A DNA stretch of 64,000 nucleotides, taken from assembly GCA_963827235.1 (NCBI GenBank), contig CAWHAE010000008.1:128001-192000 (forward strand), written 5' to 3'. Source of the DNA: an uncultured bacterium. GTDB taxonomy: Bacteria > Chloroflexota > UBA5177 > JANWHV01. Positions 57,111-64,000 of the stretch are shown piece by piece (position 1 is the stretch's first letter; each line of letters opens with the position of its first letter). The notes below the pieces were generated by a model. It had not been told where the DNA came from and did not search any database. It saw only the letters and a program-made list of their open reading frames with translations. The translations under genes were made by a program, and so were the position numbers.

Positions 57111-59282
57111 TCACAGGGTTGCGTGGATCGACGTCAGCTTCAGCACCTTGCCGCCACCTACCGGCAGCAGGCCACTCGACGGCTTGAGCACGGTAACCGG
57201 CTGATTGTTGCTCACGACCTGATACTGCTGATCGTCCAGGGTGAGCCCAACGTCGATGTCGATCCTGCCGCTCTTGGCCGTGTAGACGCTGAGCTGGTAC
57301 GACAGCACTTTGTAGAATTTACCCACCTGCCACTGGCTCATCACCTGCCAGCTGGTAGCTTGCTGCACGTCGGAGAACACCTGCAGAGCGCCGCGATAGT
57401 CGGTCAGGTAGTTAACGAGTCGCGTGCGCTGCGGCAAGGGCTTCAGCACCTTCCACCACGTGGTTACAAGAATGTCGGGATTCCTCAGGTTGGTCAGCTC
57501 GGCCCTGCCGAGACTGAAGCTTTCGAGCTCCAGATAGTCCCCTAGCCGTGCGAGGGGACCGCCGGTAGGCACGCTCGAAGCGGCCGGATCCATGAAGGTC
57601 CAGAATTGTGGTGGTAGGGTTGTCACGAGCGGCTCGCCCTTCTTGTGCTTGGTGAGCAACAGCACGCCGTCATCCGCTGCCACGATCGTCCATTTCCCGT
57701 TGCGAAGGAGCGCATTCGGGTCGTACGAGGTTGCAGCCGACGCCGATGACGCCGTAGCCGGACCGGCGGCTATGTCGCAGGCGGCGTTATTGCCCTGCAC
57801 GAGCACAGAGAGATCGCACGTGCGCATCACAGAACCAGTGGGCCCGGTCGCATCCAGCGCTATGTACTGCACACGGCCGCCGTCGGTGTCTGGGTAGAGG
57901 TAGATCTGCTCGCGATCGCTGAGGTGCGGATTGAGGTTGTCCTGTGCCGACACGGAGGCGTTCGGGGGAATCATGGCGAGAATTCGATCAAGTATTTTGG
58001 CATGTGGCGAAATATCCGGATAGCTGAAGTTCTTCGCGATCGGACTGAAGCCGTTGTCGTGCTGGTTGAAGAGGGCGGCCACGAGCACATAGGTTGTGCA
58101 GATTGCCACAACCAGCGCGGGCCGGATATGGAGTCTGGGCGCTACATTGTTGGCAAGCCATTCCACCCCGAGTATCGATCCTACCGTCAACACGGGGACG
58201 ATCTCGGCGGAGTAGTGTGCCAGCCCGCTGATCATGTGCGGCTCATAACTCAACATAATAACGGCGAGGCTCGGCACGGCCGCGAGCACCGTGATCGGGC
58301 TGAGCAACGAGAGGTAACCCGTAGGATAGAAGATGCGGTGCAGGTAGCTGGTCTTGGCCTCGCTGGTCAGATTCTCCCATGCCAACCCGGGATGCTGGCG
58401 CCAGAACTCGATGGCCTGATGCTGGGTCACCGGCCCGCTACCATAGAAACCGGGCGGCACATAGCGGCCCCAGTATGAGCTGTCTGCCTGGTTGAAGTGC
58501 GGCACGACGACCTTCAGGGCCAGGAACGTCCACACAGCGGAGAGCACGGCGATCACCGCGCCGAACTGCCATTCTCGGTTGCGCACCGCGATCCAGACGC
58601 CCATCATGGCGATCAGCAGGCCCATCTCTTCCTTACAGCCCATGGCGGCAGCAGCGCTCAGCGCGAAGAGGGTGTAGCGCCGGCTATCGGCAAAGTAGAA
58701 CGCCCACAGGATCAGCGGCGCCCCAACAGTCACCGGGTGGAACTCGTAGAGATTTGCTGCTTCGAGCGCCGGGTACAGCAAATAAGCAAGAGGGAAGACG
58801 ACTTCCGCGAACGCGTTGTGAAGGTGGCGGCGTGCTAGCAGGCGCGTGGGAATGGCTCCGGTTGCCACTGCAAGTGTCTGCATGACCAGCAGTGCTTCCA
58901 CGTGCTGGTAGAAGAAGTAGAACACGGCCATGAATGGGATGAACGGCTCAACATGGAAGCTCAGCCGCGTCAGGGTGCCGAACGCCTCGACCGCGATGTG
59001 GGCTCGCATGTTCTGGAACCGGAACGGATGACCGTGCACCGTGTTCCAGAACGTCTGTGCCATGTTGCCGAGATCGAGGGCGTGCGGAACGTAGGCGTTG
59101 TATTGCCGCAAGCTAATGGCAGTGAAGACGACCGCATACAGCGCGGTAATCACCCAGAATCCGACCACGGATCCGATCTTGGCCAGCCGCTCACCGAGCT
59201 TCGGCACGGGGACCGCCATATCTCGCGCAGTGAGCGGCCCGCTCACCCGCGGGGGTTGAGCGCGCGTTGGCGTCGCGCTCAT
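57111..59282 (-). CDS. DUF2079-domain GT-C-like membrane protein
   Basis: DLG...Q..WN..HG, HVEP, YEFH, KEE.G, HYSA and IP..ASVSA...L.PHL..R. ATGA overlap with the upstream gene. Confidence 0.82.
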   Translation of the reverse strand: MSATPTRAQPPRVSGPLTARDMAVPVPKLGERLAKIGSVVGFWVITALYAVVFTAISLRQYNAYVPHALDLGNMAQTFWNTVHGHPFRFQNMRAHIAVEAFGTLTRLSFHVEPFIPFMAVFYFFYQHVEALLVMQTLAVATGAIPTRLLARRHLHNAFAEVVFPLAYLLYPALEAANLYEFHPVTVGAPLILWAFYFADSRRYTLFALSAAAAMGCKEEMGLLIAMMGVWIAVRNREWQFGAVIAVLSAVWTFLALKVVVPHFNQADSSYWGRYVPPGFYGSGPVTQHQAIEFWRQHPGLAWENLTSEAKTSYLHRIFYPTGYLSLLSPITVLAAVPSLAVIMLSYEPHMISGLAHYSAEIVPVLTVGSILGVEWLANNVAPRLHIRPALVVAICTTYVLVAALFNQHDNGFSPIAKNFSYPDISPHAKILDRILAMIPPNASVSAQDNLNPHLSDREQIYLYPDTDGGRVQYIALDATGPTGSVMRTCDLSVLVQGNNAACDIAAGPATASSASAATSYDPNALLRNGKWTIVAADDGVLLLTKHKKGEPLVTTLPPQFWTFMDPAASSVPTGGPLARLGDYLELESFSLGRAELTNLRNPDILVTTWWKVLKPLPQRTRLVNYLTDYRGALQVFSDVQQATSWQVMSQWQVGKFYKVLSYQLSVYTAKSGRIDIDVGLTLDDQQYQVVSNNQPVTVLKPSSGLLPVGGGKVLKLTSIHATL

Positions 59283-60244
59283 ACAGGCGCTACGCTCTCG
59301 CTCTTCGAACCCGTCTGGGGCTGATCGTCGGCCAGCGCAGCCGGCGGCCGCATGAACGGGGTGACCACGGCGCCAATGACGCCCGGCAGTGCCGTGTTCA
59401 TAAAGAACATGAGGAACGCACTGGTGCCGGCCACCGACCTGGCGATCTTGTAGTGATTCAGGAGCAGGATGGCCAGTCCTTCGCGCGTGCCCAGCCCAGC
59501 GACTGTCAGCGGTACGGCGTTGGATAGCACGACCATCGGGAAACAGTACACCACCACGTCGGGTCCGCCTGTGCTCCACGCGCGCAAGATGATCCAGTAT
59601 TGCGCGAGCACAATCAGGAATGATCCGAGGGTGTAAACAAGGCACACCACGCCCACGCTGCCTGGAAACTCGGCGAATCGGCCCATCATGCCGTCGATCT
59701 TCTTGTAGTGCGGCAGCGGCCTGCAGAGGCGGAATGCCGTTCGCAATCCGCTCGGGCGGATGGCAAGGTACACCCCGCCCAGCCCTATTGCCGCGAAGGC
59801 AATAGCGAGCAGAGGATTGACGAGAAGCCAGGCTCCCGGAACGGCCAGCAGCGCCAGCACGATGACGTCATAAACCTTGTCGACCATCACCAGTGCGCCG
59901 ACTCGCACCTTTCGCGGTTCAGACAGGTAGGCAGCCCGTGCAAGCTCGCCCAGGCGGGCCGGGGTGAGTAAGGCTACGCCCATGCCGCCGACCAGTGAGA
60001 TGAGCGACTCAGCATAGGTGGCTCGGCAGTTTCCTGCCTTGAGCAACGCGTGCCAGCGGAGCGCCTTCAGAATCAGGAACGGCACGGTAAGGGACATGGC
60101 GACCAGCAGGTTAGCCGCGTCGAGATTGTGCCCGGTGTTCCAGAACTGCCTCGGATCGACCTTCCAGAGAATCACCGCCAGCAGCACCGCCGTGAGCGAG
60201 TACCTGACCCAGAGGCTACGCCACAATGACGCGATCCGTGTCAT
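59279..60244 (-). CDS. Lysylphosphatidylglycerol-synthase TM domain / flippase-like protein (UPF0104)
   Basis: KALRW..LL, TPARLGELAR and P.TVAGLGTRE, in a multi-TM protein. Confidence 0.88.
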   Translation of the reverse strand: MTRIASLWRSLWVRYSLTAVLLAVILWKVDPRQFWNTGHNLDAANLLVAMSLTVPFLILKALRWHALLKAGNCRATYAESLISLVGGMGVALLTPARLGELARAAYLSEPRKVRVGALVMVDKVYDVIVLALLAVPGAWLLVNPLLAIAFAAIGLGGVYLAIRPSGLRTAFRLCRPLPHYKKIDGMMGRFAEFPGSVGVVCLVYTLGSFLIVLAQYWIILRAWSTGGPDVVVYCFPMVVLSNAVPLTVAGLGTREGLAILLLNHYKIARSVAGTSAFLMFFMNTALPGVIGAVVTPFMRPPAALADDQPQTGSKSESVAPV

Positions 60245-61251
60245 CCCAAGCGCTGCCGGATACTGTACTCTTCCGCTCGGCGATAGGTCACGTGGCGGAG
60301 CATCTCGCCGAGAAGGCCCAAGCTGAACAACTGCACGCCGGTGATGACAAACAGCACGGCGAAGTCAAGCAGCGGGCGGCCACCGATATTACCGTGGCTG
60401 AAATGCTGCTCGGTCAGGTAGAGGCTGAGAATGACGCCGATCAGCGTGATCGCGGCGCCGACAGTGCCGAACAAGTGCAGCGGTTTCTGCATGTAGCGAG
60501 TGAGGAAGATGACCTTGAAGAAATCCAGCGCACCGCGAGCATACCTGCGGATGCCGTACTTCGACTTGCCGTATTTGCGCGGATGGTGCTGCACGGGAAT
60601 CTCGGCAACCCGGAATCCGCGCCAGTGTGCCATCACCGGTATAAACCGATGGAGATCCGCATAGAGCTTCAGCTCTTCGGTGACCTCGCGCCGGTACGCC
60701 TTAAAGCCGCAGTCGATATCGTGCAATTTGACTCCGGTGGCGGAAGCAACCACCGAATTGAAGATCTTCGAGGGCAGGGTCTTCGAGATTGGGTCGTGCC
60801 GTTTCTGCTTCCAGCCGGAGACCAGGTCGTAGCCCTCCGTGAGCTTGTCAAGGAAGTGAGGGATCTCCTCGGGATCATCCTGCAAGTCGGCATCCATCGT
60901 GAAGATGATCTCGCCCCGGCAGTTGTCGAAGCCTGCCACCAGCCCGGCCGTTTTACCGAAATTGCGCCTGAAGCTGAGGACCCTGACGTGCTCGGGGTCC
61001 TGGGAATAGAGTTCCTTCACGGCTCCGAACGTGCCGTCGGTGCTGCCGTCGTCGATATAGATGATCTCATAGGCACAGCCCTGGGCGTCCAGAACCTTGG
61101 TCAGTCTCTCATGCAGCTTGGGTACGCTCTCGACCTCGTTGTAGACCGGGATCACCATCGACACGTCGATGGCCAAGCGGTCGCCAAGAGACTTTGCCGG
61201 CGCGAGAGGGAGAGTCTCGGTCTTGATAGGGATCGCCGCCTCCACGGTCAT
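60241..61251 (-). CDS. Glycosyltransferase family 2, GtrB/ArnC-like with two C-terminal TMs
   Basis: Motifs VIPVYNE, IDDGSTDG, RRNFGK, MDADLQDDP, HD.DCGFK and LHRFIP. Confidence 0.92.
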   Translation of the reverse strand: MTVEAAIPIKTETLPLAPAKSLGDRLAIDVSMVIPVYNEVESVPKLHERLTKVLDAQGCAYEIIYIDDGSTDGTFGAVKELYSQDPEHVRVLSFRRNFGKTAGLVAGFDNCRGEIIFTMDADLQDDPEEIPHFLDKLTEGYDLVSGWKQKRHDPISKTLPSKIFNSVVASATGVKLHDIDCGFKAYRREVTEELKLYADLHRFIPVMAHWRGFRVAEIPVQHHPRKYGKSKYGIRRYARGALDFFKVIFLTRYMQKPLHLFGTVGAAITLIGVILSLYLTEQHFSHGNIGGRPLLDFAVLFVITGVQLFSLGLLGEMLRHVTYRRAEEYSIRQRLG

Positions 61252-61379
61252 CGCGCGTGTAGCTCCGTGTCGCTCATGTAGTATGGCGCGCCCGGGAAGG
61301 CAGCGCGCGGTACGGATTCGTCCGTGTCGTAGTATAGCAGCCGCGCGAACTCAAGGGTTCGCATGCGCCGGCTTGTGTA

Positions 61380-62193
61380 TCATGTCATCCGATCGGCAAG
61401 CTCAGCCCCGCCGATGCGCTCGCACAGTCGTTCCAGCTCCTCGCGCGAATTGTATTCAAGCACGATCTTGCCGGCGTCCACCGTACCGGCAATAGAGATC
61501 GGGGCGCCGAGCGTCCACCGCAGTGCGTCTTCAAGTGGGCGAAGATCGTGCGATTCGCTGCGCCCGGCTCGGGGCTTCCTGGAAGCGAGCATCCGCCTCG
61601 TCAGCGACTCCGTCTGGCGTACGGATAGCGAGTGCAGAAGAACGTGCTGCAACGCGGCGTCCTGCAACTCGCCCGATAGTGCCAGCAGTGCCCGCGCGTG
61701 CCCCTCAGTGAGCCTGTTTGACGCCAGGGCCTGCTGCGCGGCGTAGCCGAGGCCGAGCAGCCGCAACGTATTCGTGATGCTGACCCTGCTCTTACCCAAC
61801 CGGTTGGCGAGGTCATCCTGTGTGCAGCCCGTGGATCTGATGATCGCTTGATAGGCGTGCGCCAGCTCGAGCGGCTGGAGGTCGGCCCGATGGAGGTTTT
61901 CTACCAGCGAGATGGCCTGATTGACCTGCTCATCGTCTCCGATTAGCAGGGCCGGCACGGAGGCGAGATTCGCCAGTGCGGCTGCCCGCCAGCGCCGCTC
62001 GCCCGCCACGATGTAGTAGAGAGGCGCGTGTCTCACGGCCGTAGCAGCGGGTGACGAGCAACGGCTGCAGGACGCCGTAAATGGCGATCGAAGCGGCGAG
62101 CGCAGCCAACGACTCCTCGTCGAATCGCCTCCGAGGCTGGTCCGGCGCGGGCATCAGTTCGCTGAGTGCCAGCTCGAGCAGGCGACGCGTCAA
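61380..62193 (-). CDS. parB: ParB/Spo0J family protein with an apparent +1 frameshift at about 62025-62052
   Basis: QPRRRFDEESL..LA.SI..YGVLQPLLV in one frame, then IVAGERRWRAA, ENLHRADL, LGKSR..I.N.LRLL and EGHARALL in the other. Confidence 0.88.
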
Positions 62194-63536
62194 GATTGGG
62201 CTTTCGCGGCTCGGGCGGCAAACTGCTGCCTTGCCAGAACGGCCAGCGCATGCTCAGCATGTGCTCGCATCAACGGCGTGGCGAAGCGCAGGAAGTGGAT
62301 GCCGGGGTTCTCGTCCAGCTGCTTCTTGACGCGCTGGTAGGCATCGCGCATGTGGATGAGCTCTTCCACGATGAAGTCGAAGGAGACGTCCGGAAGCAGG
62401 CACTCCTTGTCGAACTCTTTCTGGAAGTCGATGCCGGTGTTCCACTGAGTGTTGTAGAAGTGACGGAATCGGCGCGGGGTGGTCAGGTGCTCGGCCAGGA
62501 ACCCATCCTCGGTCCGATACGAATCTACCAGACCCATGATGTTGTCGCCCTCGCCCGCCTGTCCGGAAACGTACTTGTATTGCGCGAGAACGAGCGTGTA
62601 GTCGAGCCAGGGCCCGGCGCCGCTATGCGTGTGGCAGGTGAAATCCTCGGTGTACGGCAGGTAGCGTTGTAGTCCTCCAAGCTCCGGGTCCCACAGCTCT
62701 TCCGCGATCGCCTCGGCCGACGCCTTCTGGGCATTGGCGTTGCGGTTCAGGAAGCCGAAATAGAACGGGGACAGCATGATGAAGTCGGGGCGCTCGTCAT
62801 ACATACCCCTCGGATCTATCCGGCGCACGTAGCGCCCGTCGTGGATAAAGATGCGGAAGACGGCATCTTCAAATTGGCGGCAGAACTCCTTGATCGTGGG
62901 GAACCAGTTGTTAAATCCGCCCCATCCGCTCGACACGTGAAAGGCCCGAGTGAACGCTCTCAGGTAGGCGAAGTTTGTCCAGATGTCATAGCCCTGAACC
63001 ATGCAGGACTCGTGTATGGATGTCGTGCCGTAGAACAAGTTGATCTCGGAGCGGTAGAAGTGCTCGATGGCATACGCTGCCGCGGCCTCCACGGCGTCAC
63101 GGATACGGTAGGCCCACGACGGTATGCGCTCGAGCCATTCTGCCGCGTAAAGGTAGTCGAGGAGTGCGCTCATGCCAAGAGCCACATTATCCTCCTGCCT
63201 GTAGATTGCACGATCGTTGCCGTCCACGTCGTAGCGCTGGCCCCAGAACCCGTCGTCTCGCTGCACCGCCAGAACATACAGGGCGATGTGCTCGAGCAGG
63301 GAGAACGCACGGTCGACGACGTCTCTGGACTGTGAATAGGTGACGAGCTTTCCGAGCGCTCGAGCGCACTGGGCGTTGTCGCGTGGGTATACGTAGGGGT
63401 AGCGCGATCCCCGCGGCGTCGCGCATACCGCCTTGCCCTTGGCGGTCTCGATCGCGCACAAGTCGATGACGTCCAGGTCATGCCAGATAGCGGCATCTGC
63501 CTCCGTCATACCCTCCGGTTTGGCGAGCGTGAGCAT
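62190..63536 (-). CDS. Glycoside hydrolase family 15-like (alpha/alpha)6 protein
   Basis: Y.YVYPRD, GFWGQRY..DG, Q.D, GGL.RY, GPW...TL, G.LAEH and C-terminal ATPL...HAE. Confidence 0.7.
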   Translation of the reverse strand: MLTLAKPEGMTEADAAIWHDLDVIDLCAIETAKGKAVCATPRGSRYPYVYPRDNAQCARALGKLVTYSQSRDVVDRAFSLLEHIALYVLAVQRDDGFWGQRYDVDGNDRAIYRQEDNVALGMSALLDYLYAAEWLERIPSWAYRIRDAVEAAAAYAIEHFYRSEINLFYGTTSIHESCMVQGYDIWTNFAYLRAFTRAFHVSSGWGGFNNWFPTIKEFCRQFEDAVFRIFIHDGRYVRRIDPRGMYDERPDFIMLSPFYFGFLNRNANAQKASAEAIAEELWDPELGGLQRYLPYTEDFTCHTHSGAGPWLDYTLVLAQYKYVSGQAGEGDNIMGLVDSYRTEDGFLAEHLTTPRRFRHFYNTQWNTGIDFQKEFDKECLLPDVSFDFIVEELIHMRDAYQRVKKQLDENPGIHFLRFATPLMRAHAEHALAVLARQQFAARAAKAQS

Positions 63537-63567
63537 CCTCTCCTCCGCGACGCTAGGGCGACTCCGA

Positions 63568-64000
63568 TCACAAAATACCGGCCAGCGCCTTCTGTGGTGA
63601 GACCATGAGCCGACCGAGCTTCAGATCACCTGCGTCGAGGCCGCAGGCAAGTCCGACGAGCTGCGAGAGATGGAGCACCGGCATCCGTACCGCGCTCTTC
63701 TGCAGCTTCGTCGCTCTGGGTTGGTAGGCGTCGAGCGAGGTGTGGCAGAGCGGGCAAGGAGTAACCATGATGTCCGCTTCCGCTGCTTCCGCCTCTTCCA
63801 GCCGCTTCACCGCCATTTTCGTCGACGTATCCTCGTTCACCGTCAGAATATGGAAACCGCAGCAGCGCGTCTTCCCAGCGTAGTCGACGGGCGTGCCGCC
63901 CAGCGCGCGGATCAGATTGTCAAATGATGTGGGGTTGTCAGGGTCCTCGTATCCAGTGTCTTCGATTGGCCGCAGAAGCTGGCAGCCGTAGTACGAGGCG
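63568..64000 (-). CDS. HdrB/SdhE-like CCG-domain iron-sulfur protein, C-terminal part
   Basis: Manual translation gives YYGCQLLRP...EDPDNP...KTRCCG...TPCPLCH.SLD.YQ...PVLHL.QL.GLA.G. Confidence 0.88.
   Translation of the reverse strand, partial: ASYYGCQLLRPIEDTGYEDPDNPTSFDNLIRALGGTPVDYAGKTRCCGFHILTVNEDTSTKMAVKRLEEAEAAEADIMVTPCPLCHTSLDAYQPRATKLQKSAVRMPVLHLSQLVGLACGLDAGDLKLGRLMVSPQKALAGIL

Overview
GC-rich bacterial chromosome segment, probably from Chloroflexota. This is an inference from the GAAC-N4-GTAC LexA boxes, the large Alu-type SRP RNA upstream of dnaX, the HdrB-type CCG protein, the DUF2085/DUF2089/DUF4097 genes and the DUF5719-like surface protein. Most of it is core genome: glxK, hisB, dcd, a DEAD-box helicase, groEL, guaB, nth, lpdA, fabF-accB-fabH, two tRNA-Ser genes, radA-clpC-rpsA, recR-ybaB-dnaX-ffs-nadD and parB, plus envelope and glycosylation genes. 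I saw no integrase, transposase or CRISPR array. Five single-base frameshifts (a GT2, clpC, parB, and two in a DUF1868-like gene) probably reflect long-read assembly errors. The best candidate for an undescribed system is a coupled operon of a 447-aa degenerate zincin-like protein, an intact dCTP deaminase and an apparently catalytically dead VanW protein, flanked by a divergent metallophosphoesterase and two small orphan ORFs. Other leads are a LexA-boxed Rad52-like annealase, a probable ACG start for nadD, a surface protein with five Cys-paired 93-aa repeats behind a structured leader, and a four-way-junction RNA candidate between ybaB and recR. All family assignments come from motif recognition by eye; no database searches were run.
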